From contig NC_016070.1 in the NCBI RefSeq assembly GCF_000253055.1, positions 1,560,001 to 1,592,000 of the forward strand: 32,000 nt of DNA, in the 5' to 3' direction. Source of the DNA: Thermoproteus tenax Kra 1. GTDB lineage: Archaea > Thermoproteota > Thermoprotei > Thermoproteales > Thermoproteaceae. The notes beneath the pieces were generated by a model. That model was given only the letters and a program-made list of their open reading frames with translations. It had not been told where the DNA came from and did no database searches. Below are positions 6,860 to 14,429 of this stretch, piece after piece. Each line of letters opens with the position of its first letter. Position 1 is the first letter of the stretch. Both the position numbers and the translations under genes were made by a program.

Positions 6860-8359
6860 ATGGAGTACAAACTTGGGAGTAGATTGTCTGAGCTGAGGAA
6901 GAGGAGGGGCCTCAGCCTTTCGCAGTTGGCCAGATTGGCGGGCATCTCGAAATCGACTCTGTGGGAAATAGAAAACGATAGAATAAGCCCCTCCGTTAAC
7001 ACGCTCTGGGCCATTGCCAATGCCCTGGGCGTTCCCTTCGGCGAACTCGTAACCTACGACATTGTCGTTAAAGACGAGGGAGTCGAAGTTCGGTTAATAG
7101 AACGTGTAGAGAATAAGGAGGTCTACCTAATGAAGCTACGCTCCCACGTAATAAAGCGCTCTGAGCCCCACAGAAACTCGCCGATCGAAATAGTACAGGT
7201 CATTAAAGGGGCGATGATCGTCGGGAGCAGAGACAATCTATCCTTAGTCGGCGAGGGGGATTTTGCAAAGTTCTACGGAGGCAGGGAGCACCTCTACATG
7301 GCCGTAGGAGGCGACGCGGAGGCCGTTGTAACATTAATCTATGGCTCAAAAGATGAATCACCAACAATTCACTATAAAAACATTAGAAAAGTAAATATTC
7401 CCAGATATAGAGATTTAATAGATGAAAACGTTGAAAACAATTTTTTAAAAATTCTGATCAACGCAGTAAATAGACTCCGGACAATTGAGGGGTTGGAGGG
7501 GAGTTTAACAGCCGATGTGCTTAATGCAGAAATACTAACGCTTGGGGGGAAGTTGACAATTCCCAAGGCGGTGAGGGAGGGCGCGAGAAAGCTCAGCCAA
7601 AACGCAAGATCGTCTGAGCGCCTATATGAGCTGCTACGCCCAGGCTACGCAGAGCAGGTGATCTACGTCGCATATGAACTAGAGAGAAGGGGTATCAGAG
7701 ACGTTCTGAGCTTAGGCTGCGGCCCGGCGTATCGCGAGAGGATGTTGAAGGAGATATTGAACTTGGGCATAACTTGCGTAGAGGCTCCCAAAAAGGCAAC
7801 CTCCACATTCCCAACGCTGGACGAACTACCGGAGGAGGCGGGCGCAGTCGTCTCATTCGGCTCCTCCCACTACATCGACGTCCTCGAGCTGACCTCCCGG
7901 TTGAGTAGGGGAGGGGTTTTGATAGTGGCCGACGAGTTTATAGATCACTTCGCCAGCGAGAAGGCGAGGAAGTTGAACGTAGTTAAGCACCACTTGGTGT
8001 ATTTGCTCGATATACCGCTGGAGGCTTTTCGAGAGGAACTGCTTTCGGCATACAACGCGGCCGCTGAGGGAAAACTGAGGACTGCACTGAACATCTTATC
8101 TAGGGTTTACGTCGATATTAGCGAGGGGATTAAAGGCGAGGGCGGCACCGACGAGGAGAAAGCCTTCTCGAACTTCTACCGCCTAGAGCTGACGTCGCTG
8201 CTGCTAGGCGTTATCGAGGAGAGGAAGACGTCAGTTGTAAAGTTCGTCTCCGAGGCCGCCGGGCGTGGCCTGAGGCTTGAGTCCCACTACAAGGTCTATT
8301 CAACTGGCGAGGGGAAGTTTGGAGGCGGGGCCCACGTGTTGGCGTTCAGAAGGGTATGA
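6860..8359 (+). CDS. Fusion protein: XRE-family HTH + cupin domain + class I SAM-dependent methyltransferase-like domain
   Basis: 499 aa. N-terminus: LSELRKRRGLSLSQLARLAGISKSTLWEIENDRISPSVNTLWAIANALGV (HTH_3-like), followed by a roughly 100-aa beta-rich cupin-like segment. C-terminal half: Rossmann MTase motifs VLSLGCGPA (motif I), ITCVE, AVVSFGSSHY and GGVLIVADEF. TATA ttttaagt lies about 24 nt upstream of the ATG. Confidence 0.75.
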   Translation: MEYKLGSRLSELRKRRGLSLSQLARLAGISKSTLWEIENDRISPSVNTLWAIANALGVPFGELVTYDIVVKDEGVEVRLIERVENKEVYLMKLRSHVIKRSEPHRNSPIEIVQVIKGAMIVGSRDNLSLVGEGDFAKFYGGREHLYMAVGGDAEAVVTLIYGSKDESPTIHYKNIRKVNIPRYRDLIDENVENNFLKILINAVNRLRTIEGLEGSLTADVLNAEILTLGGKLTIPKAVREGARKLSQNARSSERLYELLRPGYAEQVIYVAYELERRGIRDVLSLGCGPAYRERMLKEILNLGITCVEAPKKATSTFPTLDELPEEAGAVVSFGSSHYIDVLELTSRLSRGGVLIVADEFIDHFASEKARKLNVVKHHLVYLLDIPLEAFREELLSAYNAAAEGKLRTALNILSRVYVDISEGIKGEGGTDEEKAFSNFYRLELTSLLLGVIEERKTSVVKFVSEAAGRGLRLESHYKVYSTGEGKFGGGAHVLAFRRV

Positions 8360-9225
8360 ACAAAAAGGCGGAGGGCATACTCGAAATGGTTGTAACCACA
8401 GCGATCTGGGGTAGCGTATCTATTCTCTCAATATACTCCGGCCTGCCGTCTCCCGTGTTTGTGTTTTTCAGAGTCTTCTTCACAGCCCTCTCTCTGCTCC
8501 TGCTCCTCAGAAACGTCAAGGTCCAGCTGTTGAGGGATAGGCTCATCGCGGCTTCAGGCGTGTTTTTGGCGCTTAACTGGATCTTCCTATTCTACTCCGT
8601 GGCGATGCTCCCAGTTTCTATTGCTGTTATGATCTACTACACGGGGCCCGTCTTCTCCATGTTCGTGATGCACTTCATCGGTGAAAAATTGAGTCGGGTT
8701 AAACTGCTGTCTGCAGCGATCTCGTTCGCCGGCCTTTCCGTCATAATAAATCCGTTTGTGACGATGGGTTCGGAGGGGGCTGGCGCGAGCTTAGGGCTTA
8801 TTTTGGCGATTCTCAGCGGAGTGAGCTACGGCTTGCTAATAGTGTTTAACAAATTATCTGTTGGCAGATTGGCTAATCCGCTGGAGTTGGTGCTTTGCCA
8901 AACTTTGATATCGACCGCCATCACCTTCCCATTTCTGCTAATTCTGCATTTCGAGCTTAACGCCTACAGTATAGCTATTGTGCTAGTTTCAGCTCTAGTA
9001 AATACGCTACTGGCTTTATTCCTATGGTACGACGCCTTGAGGAAGATAAGCGTCCACACAGCCTCGATCCTTAGCTATTTAGACCCCGTATTTGCGACGC
9101 TCTTCGCCTACATCTTCCTGGGGCAGGTCCCGGCTAAGACAACGATGTTGGGGGGCGCGTTGATAATAATTGGCGGAGTAATGGCTATCCTTGAGGAGGT
9201 CGCTAAAGCGAAGAAGGGGGCGTGA
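8356..9225 (+). CDS. EamA/DMT-superfamily transporter (copy 1)
   Basis: 289 aa with about 10 hydrophobic helices in the 5+5 EamA pattern. The ATG overlaps the stop of the upstream fusion gene (gtATGAac). GC content is visibly lower than in the housekeeping genes. Confidence 0.85.
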   Translation: MNKKAEGILEMVVTTAIWGSVSILSIYSGLPSPVFVFFRVFFTALSLLLLLRNVKVQLLRDRLIAASGVFLALNWIFLFYSVAMLPVSIAVMIYYTGPVFSMFVMHFIGEKLSRVKLLSAAISFAGLSVIINPFVTMGSEGAGASLGLILAILSGVSYGLLIVFNKLSVGRLANPLELVLCQTLISTAITFPFLLILHFELNAYSIAIVLVSALVNTLLALFLWYDALRKISVHTASILSYLDPVFATLFAYIFLGQVPAKTTMLGGALIIIGGVMAILEEVAKAKKGA

Positions 9226-9362
9226 GCATATGAGGGGGCTTCTTCTAGAGGTCCGCGCTTTCGGCGCAGACGGAGGGCTTAATACGCGTGTGAGGGGCAG
9301 TGTCCCACGACCGCGCCGACAGGGGACGCGCGCAGGCCGCCGGCCCACGCCCGAGGTATTGT

Positions 9363-9419
9363 GCCGATTGGGGCGCAGATGAGTCCCACGCAACGCCGGC
9401 GTTGCGCCCGAGGACAAAC
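9363..9419 (+). repeat. GC-rich intergenic module, block B copy (contains a perfect 18-bp palindrome at 9389-9406)
   Basis: gccgattggggcgcagatgagtcccacgcaacgccggcgttgcgcccgaggacaaac aligns by eye with 11222-11290 (rc), 20368-20434 (rc) and 21396-21462 (rc). It ends a few nt before the TATA (ctttatatt, 9422-9430) of the downstream gene. Confidence 0.6.
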
Positions 9420-9449
9420 GGCTTTATATTCTAGTGTGGGATTAACTTG

Positions 9450-9956
9450 ATGTCCGAGTTTGTTAAACCCATCTACGCCAGAGCCTTCTTCAATATGGAC
9501 TCCACAGGCTTAGTAACACAGTTTATGGTCTTCTACTATTCAGACCCCAAGGCCTATTACGCAGGCCTCTCCAGAGAGGAGCTAGAGGAGGAGCTCGAGA
9601 CCGCCCGGGAGAATATGCAGGCGTTTTTGGACGAGGAGGTCATCAAAATAAACGGCGAGAGGGTGAGGGCCAGAGTAGTGCGCGTCGATCTGGGGCTCAT
9701 GACTATAAACTTGGCCCACATGACCTTCCTCATAGACTTCAAGGGGAATCTCAAGAGGGGGCTCAACGTCTACGAAGATATCTACGAGGAGGAGGTCGCC
9801 GAATATCCCTACGAGTTCCTCTGGCGCTTTCCGGGGCGCATTGTGAGGGCTACCGTCGCCGGCCGTTTGACGGTCGAAGGCGGAGTTCTCCACGTGAAGG
9901 TGCCCGCTGGGACTAAAGTGGGGGGCAGCGAGAGAGTGGAGTTCCTCTTGGACTAG
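9450..9956 (+). CDS. Hypothetical protein (no family recognised)
   Basis: 168 aa from ATG 9450, which lies about 24 nt after TATA ctttatatt. Balanced composition (MSEFVKPIYARAFFNMDSTGLVTQFMVFYYSDPKAYY...). The 3' end overlaps the aIF2-gamma stop in a convergent arrangement. Confidence 0.6.
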   Translation: MSEFVKPIYARAFFNMDSTGLVTQFMVFYYSDPKAYYAGLSREELEEELETARENMQAFLDEEVIKINGERVRARVVRVDLGLMTINLAHMTFLIDFKGNLKRGLNVYEDIYEEEVAEYPYEFLWRFPGRIVRATVAGRLTVEGGVLHVKVPAGTKVGGSERVEFLLD

Positions 9957-11188
9957 TCTAGGACGGCCTTCCCGCCTTTCAATACGCCGTAGTTGCTCAC
10001 GAGCCACCTGTTCTTGATCTGCCTAGTTATCACCGCCTTGTCGCCCTGCTCGGCGACGACGGCCTTCCTCAGAGCGATAGTTGCAACGTCCTTTCGGACG
10101 GACTGCACTACTCCGAACACCGTCGCTGAGCCTATGGACACTAAAACGGTCTCCCCCTGTTTTAGTGGCTCGGGCCTCTCCCCATGCCTCGGGAGCTCCT
10201 TCACCTCCAGCTCGAGGACTGTCCAGACCGGCGGCAGCGTGCCCGGCTTCCCCGCCACTGAGCCCGCCAGCGCATCGGCCTTAGTCAAGGCGGGGTCCAG
10301 CGTCGTCATCAATCCCACGAGCCCGCCCGGCCTGGCCTCCTCGGCCTTCTCTCCGCCGTACTCTATACCGACGACTTTAGTCAACAGAGGCTGATACGGC
10401 GCATTGGGCTTGTCCACTTTGAGCCCCGGCCTTATCTCTATCTCGTCGCCGAGCCTCACTGCGCCCTGCAACAACGTGCCCCCCAACACGCCTCCCCTCA
10501 GCTTCTCCACGGGAGTCCCAGGCGGATTGACGTTGAAGCTCCTGAGGACGGACATACGCGCCGGCTTGGACAGATCGGCCTCCCTCTTGGGGGTTATCCG
10601 CTCTATATACATGGCCAGGGCGTCTATGTTGACCTTGTGGAGCGCCGAGACTGGGACTACGGGCGACCTCTCGGCCCACGTCCCGCCCAAGAACTTCTTT
10701 ATCTGGCCGTAGTTCTCCAGAGCCTTCTCCTTGGGAACTAAGTCGACCTTGTTCTGCGCCACCACCATGTTTCTGACGCCGATTATGTCCAACACGGCGA
10801 AGTGTTCGGCCGTCTGAGGCTGGGGGACCGACATCGTGGCGTCTATGACCATGAGGGCCGCGTCGACTGCGGCGGCCCCCGACACCATTGTGGCGATCAA
10901 CACCTCGTGGCCTGGCACGTCCAAGATGGAGATCTTTCTGCGCAGCTTGGGCTCCGACCCGTCGGGGCACTTGCCCTTGTCCAACAGCCCGTCAGTGAGG
11001 GGGTACTCCGATCCTGGGCAGTCGTATATGCCGATCTGAGTATAGCCCAACTTTATCGTCATAGCCTTCTTGACCTCATCGCTGTGGCGCGCCACCCAGA
11101 CCCCAGAGAGCGCGTAGACTACGCTGGTCTTGCCCGCGTCAACGTGGCCTGCAGTCGATATTATCCCATCGGGGTAGACGAAGCCCAT
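9953..11188 (-). CDS. eif2g: Translation initiation factor aIF2 gamma subunit
   Basis: 411 aa. GTPase motifs GHVDAGKT (G1), DVPGHE (G3) and NKVD (G4), followed by EF-Tu-like beta-barrel domains II/III. Colinear with the archaeal aIF2-gamma sequences I know. Confidence 0.9.
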   Translation of the reverse strand: MGFVYPDGIISTAGHVDAGKTSVVYALSGVWVARHSDEVKKAMTIKLGYTQIGIYDCPGSEYPLTDGLLDKGKCPDGSEPKLRRKISILDVPGHEVLIATMVSGAAAVDAALMVIDATMSVPQPQTAEHFAVLDIIGVRNMVVAQNKVDLVPKEKALENYGQIKKFLGGTWAERSPVVPVSALHKVNIDALAMYIERITPKREADLSKPARMSVLRSFNVNPPGTPVEKLRGGVLGGTLLQGAVRLGDEIEIRPGLKVDKPNAPYQPLLTKVVGIEYGGEKAEEARPGGLVGLMTTLDPALTKADALAGSVAGKPGTLPPVWTVLELEVKELPRHGERPEPLKQGETVLVSIGSATVFGVVQSVRKDVATIALRKAVVAEQGDKAVITRQIKNRWLVSNYGVLKGGKAVLD

Positions 11189-11221
11189 GATCCCATAAAA
11201 GCAAGAGTATAAAACCCTGCC

Positions 11222-11290
11222 GCCTGTCCTTAGGCGCCCATCGCCGGCGTTGTGTCCAGGGACTTCCCCCTCGCCTGCGCCTCAACCGGC
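11222..11290 (-). repeat. GC-rich intergenic module, block B copy
   Basis: The sense (minus) strand reads gccggttgaggcgcaggcgagggggaagtccctggacacaacgccggcgatgggcgcctaaggacaggc. It shares gaagtccctgg and the acgccggcg core with 20368-20434. It ends a few nt upstream of the aIF2-gamma TATA. Confidence 0.6.
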
Positions 11291-11394
11291 GGAGGCGCAC
11301 GGCGGTTAGACCGCCGGCCTATGCCGGAGAGCCGACGCCCGAGCCCTCGGAGACTCCTCGCCCTCCCGTCCCCCGTCGGGCCCGCGCCGGCGGC

Positions 11395-11462
11395 GCATCT
11401 CTCCGCCGGAGGCTGATCTGTCCACGCCCGCCTCGCTACTATAGGGCGTTAGAGCAACGCCT
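11395..11462 (-). repeat. GC-rich intergenic module, block A copy (weaker)
   Basis: The sense strand reads ...gttgctctaacgcc...cagatcagcctccggcgg.... Compare ...gttgctcacgcc... (20530-20625 rc) and ...cagactacctccggcgcgg... (18638-18712 rc). Confidence 0.45.
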
Positions 11463-11467
11463 CTCGC

Positions 11468-11944
11468 TCACCGCCCGCCCTTGGCCGCAAGCTCAGCCAA
11501 CAGGCGCTGTATCTCCAGAAGGGTCCTCTGGACCTCGTCGATCCTCTTGTTCACTTCGTCGATCCTTTTGCTTAAGTCGTCTGCGCGTCTGTTCATCTCG
11601 TCGATTCTCTTGCCCAAACTCTCGGCCACGGCATCGATCCTCTCATTGGTATCATCTATACGCTTGTTCATATCGTCGATCCTTTTGCTTAAGTCGTCTA
11701 TACGCTTGTTAGTTTCGTCTATCCTCCTCGCCAGAGTCTCGGCCACTGCGTCTATCCTCTTGTTCATATCGTCGACCCTCTGCTCCAGCCGCGCCACCTC
11801 CTGCCTCAAGTCGCGGAGCTCGGCCGTAATAGTGCCCAGATATAACAGGAAGATGTCCTCCGTAGAGAGCTTCTTCCCCTCCTTAAGCTTCTCCACAACT
11901 CTGTCCACGGCCACTCTGAGGGCGTCCTCGACTATCTTGTCCAC
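11468..11944 (-). CDS. Coiled-coil protein with KRIDD heptad repeats
   Basis: 158 aa. GTG start 11944 lies about 23 nt after tttataac. The central region is (x)KRID(D/E)x heptads; no enzymatic motif is seen. Confidence 0.7.
   Translation of the reverse strand: MDKIVEDALRVAVDRVVEKLKEGKKLSTEDIFLLYLGTITAELRDLRQEVARLEQRVDDMNKRIDAVAETLARRIDETNKRIDDLSKRIDDMNKRIDDTNERIDAVAESLGKRIDEMNRRADDLSKRIDEVNKRIDEVQRTLLEIQRLLAELAAKGGR
11534..11767 (-). repeat. Tandem duplication, 2 x 117 nt (39 aa), built from 21-nt heptad units
   Basis: MNKRIDAVAETLARRIDETNKRIDDLSKRIDDMNKRIDD versus TNERIDAVAESLGKRIDEMNRRADDLSKRIDEVNKRIDE. At nucleotide level tcgtcgatccttttgcttaagtcgtct recurs at 11556 and 11673, exactly 117 nt apart. 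Confidence 0.85.
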
Positions 11945-12117
11945 AGCCCAACGGCCGCTCGGGGTTATAAATGTGGCGGATCTGAGGACCGGCGAGTAGC
12001 CGCTGGAGGGACATCGGCTATGGCAGTTTTCCTCTTGACGATCTGAGTTGTTGGCGCAAGCGAGCCGCTTAAATATATATACCCGCCCCAGGCCCCCTCA
12101 AACGTTGCATCTGGCGC

Positions 12118-12165
12118 TCCACTTGGGCAGGCAAGGAGGTCCCAGGGCATAAGTCCAACCGACAT
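12118..12165 (+). repeat. GC-rich intergenic module, block B-like copy (lacks the GCCGGC core)
   Basis: ccacttgggcaggcaaggaggtcccagggcataagtccaaccgac resembles gggagcgggcaaggaggaagtccctgggcgc (20368-20434 rc). It is oriented like the downstream hsp20 gene. Confidence 0.45.
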
Positions 12166-12280
12166 CAACAATGATCGCCTAGGGCAAACAGCAGTTAGAG
12201 GAGGCGAGGGGCTGAGGTGTAGCAAGATTGCCGTTTGAGGCGCTGGGTGAAGGTTTTTAACTGAGACACAGATTGTGTAT

Positions 12281-12673
12281 ATGTCCCAGGACTTAATCGA
12301 GGAAATAAGGAGGACTTTCGACGAGCTGTCCAAGGCGATCCAGAAGACGGTCGAGGATGTTGTGCGGACTACCACAAGCACGGTGAGAAAGATCACAGTG
12401 GAGCAAGGCATCAACATCAAGGAGCAAGGCGACGATGCAATAATAGAGATAGATATGCCCGGCCTAGAGCCAGGCGATATATCCCTCTTTGTCTCAAAAG
12501 AGGGTGACTACGTTAAAGCCGAGGGCGCCAGAGGCGAGAGGAAGTACAGCAAGAAGGTGTTTCTCCCGTTCAAGATAGAGCCATCTACCGTCAAAGCCTC
12601 ATATAAGAACGGCGTACTGACTCTGACCGCGAAGAAGAGCAAGCCCCAGGAGATCCAGATCAAAGTCGAGTGA
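12281..12673 (+). CDS. hsp20: Small heat-shock protein (Hsp20/alpha-crystallin family)
   Basis: ATG 12281 lies about 24 nt after gtttttaac. The alpha-crystallin domain reads ...AIIEIDMPGLEPGDISLFVSKEGDYVKAEG...FKIEPSTVKASYKNGVLTLTAKK. Confidence 0.85.
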   Translation: MSQDLIEEIRRTFDELSKAIQKTVEDVVRTTTSTVRKITVEQGINIKEQGDDAIIEIDMPGLEPGDISLFVSKEGDYVKAEGARGERKYSKKVFLPFKIEPSTVKASYKNGVLTLTAKKSKPQEIQIKVE

Positions 12674-13103
12674 GCTCTTTTTTCAATTTATAGAGTGCCA
12701 CGGCCAACTGCCCCACAGAGCCTATGTCGGCATCCACTGCGTAGGCCAGTTTGGCGCCCTGCGGGAGCTCCCTCGGCGTTATGGGGAGGTCCGTCCCGCT
12801 GACGACCAAGAGGGTTCTGCCCTGCGGCGGCTCGCCCAACGGCTCCACGCCCTTCTCGGGCCTCGTCAAGGCTATGACTACGTCGGGCCTTAGGGCCTCG
12901 TACGCGTCCCTCAAGTCGTTGAAAATGAGCACCTCGCCCCCGACCTTCAGCGCGTATTTGAACAAATCGCCTATCTGCTGTGCGGCCGACCCGAAGACGC
13001 GCGCGCCCACCAGCCGCTTTACGCCGAATCCGTAGGCCACCTTCGCCATCTCCATTAGTCTGGGCAAGCTCGACACGTTGTAGACGGCCACCGCTAGATC
13101 CAC
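12660..13103 (-). CDS. Conserved archaeal protein, SPOUT-fold/DUF531-like (putative methyltransferase)
   Basis: 147 aa. The pattern LAVAVYNVSS...AKVAYGFGVKRLV...LLVVSGTD...IGSVGQLAVALYKL resembles the alpha/beta-knot (SpoU-like) family. The functional call is from memory of that family only. Confidence 0.55.
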   Translation of the reverse strand: MDLAVAVYNVSSLPRLMEMAKVAYGFGVKRLVGARVFGSAAQQIGDLFKYALKVGGEVLIFNDLRDAYEALRPDVVIALTRPEKGVEPLGEPPQGRTLLVVSGTDLPITPRELPQGAKLAYAVDADIGSVGQLAVALYKLKKELTRL

Positions 13104-13131
13104 GCCCCAAAATGTGGGCCTAATTAAAGCG

Positions 13132-13374
13132 TTATGCCCGAGATCTGGCAGCTATACAGATCATTGCGTCGTCGCACTCAACGAGGAACACGCCGTTCTT
13201 GGCCCTTATGACTCCCCTCTTGAAGCGCGGCGGCTCCTCAGACAACTCGTAGGCGCGGCCGCAGAGCTCGAGCCTCCTCCCCTCTATTCTGAAGGTGAGC
13301 ACGTCGCTACACAGCTCCATCTCGGGCGCCGAGATCAAGGCCGCGTCTCTGGCCAATATGAATTTTAAGATCAT
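13132..13374 (-). CDS. Small hypothetical protein (80 aa)
   Basis: MILKFILARDAALISAPEMELCSDVLTFRIEGRRLELCGRAYELSEEPPRFKRGVIRAKNGVFLVECDDAMICIAARSRA. The ATG at 13374 lies 2 nt after the stop of the uridine phosphorylase gene on the same strand. The rest of ORF 13132..13788 is an out-of-frame overlap. Confidence 0.5.
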   Translation of the reverse strand: MILKFILARDAALISAPEMELCSDVLTFRIEGRRLELCGRAYELSEEPPRFKRGVIRAKNGVFLVECDDAMICIAARSRA

Positions 13375-13376
13375 TC

Positions 13377-14147
13377 CTAGGCGGACTGTGCCAGGATCTT
13401 GACAGCCTCGTTGGCCACTTTGATCGCGTCCTCCACGCCCGCCTCGGGTACAAATTCGTCGGTCTCTCTGTTGGCAATGGCCGCATAGACTCCGCCGGCC
13501 TTCGCGCCGTAGATCGACGCAAGTGTGAAGATCGTGGCTGACTCCATCTCGAAGCTTAATACGTTCAGAGAGCGGAGCGTCTCCACAAGCCCTCTGGCCC
13601 ACGGCGGCAGAAATCCGCCGTATCCCGGCCTCTCCTGGCCCACGTAGAAGGAGTCCGTGGACGCCACAATGCCCACGTGGTACCTCACGCCCAACGACTG
13701 GGCCGCCTGCACTAGCGCTGAGACGACAGACCAGTGGGCAACAGCTGGATATTCGGGAGGGGCGTACCATCTGCTTGCCCCGTCCCATCTAACGGCCCCA
13801 GTGGCTATTATCACATCGCCCGGCCTGATCTCCCTCCTTAAGGCGCCCGTTGTCCCCACTCTGATGAACGTGTCGGCGCCGACCGCCAAAAGCTCCTCGA
13901 CCGCAATGGCCGTAGAGCCCGAGCCGATGCCCGTGGAAGTGGCAGCTATGGGGATGCCCTTATATCTGCCGACATATGTGACGAACTCTCTGTTGCGGGC
14001 TATCTCAGTTGACTCATCCCAGTATGAGGCTATCTTGGGCACTCTGCCGGGGTCTCCGGGCAACAACACGTGCCGCGGCACTCGGCCTCGCTCCACCATC
14101 AAGTGGTATACTTTGTCTCCCACGTAAGGCCGCTTTGCTGAGCCCAT
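13377..14147 (-). CDS. udp: Uridine phosphorylase (PNP/UDP family 1 nucleoside phosphorylase)
   Basis: 256 aa. Motifs LLPGDPGRV, STGIGSGSTAIAVEEL, RVGTTGAL and SFEMESATIF are typical of the hexameric PNP/UDP family. TATA gttaaaaac lies about 20 nt upstream of the ATG. Confidence 0.85.
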   Translation of the reverse strand: MGSAKRPYVGDKVYHLMVERGRVPRHVLLPGDPGRVPKIASYWDESTEIARNREFVTYVGRYKGIPIAATSTGIGSGSTAIAVEELLAVGADTFIRVGTTGALRREIRPGDVIIATGAVRWDGASRWYAPPEYPAVAHWSVVSALVQAAQSLGVRYHVGIVASTDSFYVGQERPGYGGFLPPWARGLVETLRSLNVLSFEMESATIFTLASIYGAKAGGVYAAIANRETDEFVPEAGVEDAIKVANEAVKILAQSA

Positions 14148-14192
14148 ATAGAGTCCATCCCCTACGTTTTTAACCCTACCACATAGGACTAC

Positions 14193-14429
14193 TCAGCGTT
14201 TGTGATACAACGCCCTCACGATGTTTGCAAACGATAATGCCGACGATAGGGCGTTGAGCACTGTGAAAATGGGGTCCCTCTCCCAAACTGCATAGATGGT
14301 CAGAGCCGCGCTGCCGAGGAAGTACACTACAGTGAGATCTAACGGCGGAGGCGGAGACCTCCTTATGATCGTGAGAGCCCAGCCTCCGGCTATCAAGACT
14401 AGCCCCAAGATACCAACTATTTCGATCAT
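14193..14429 (-). CDS. Small two-helix membrane protein (78 aa)
   Basis: MIEIVGILGLVLIAGGWALTIIRR...VVYFLGSAALTIYAVWERDPIFTVLNALSSALSFANIV. The ATG overlaps the mevalonate kinase stop (ATGA at 14426-14429). The longer ORF-track version, 14193..14699, is an out-of-frame overlap. Confidence 0.55.
   Translation of the reverse strand: MIEIVGILGLVLIAGGWALTIIRRSPPPPLDLTVVYFLGSAALTIYAVWERDPIFTVLNALSSALSFANIVRALYHKR

Noticed and set aside
13114-13368. Plus-strand ORF 13114..13368 (84 aa).
   Set aside because: The minus-strand 80-aa ORF (13132..13374) fits the operon context, with its start 2 nt after the upstream stop on the same strand, and has the more protein-like sequence. Neither has a recognised family, so the choice remains tentative.
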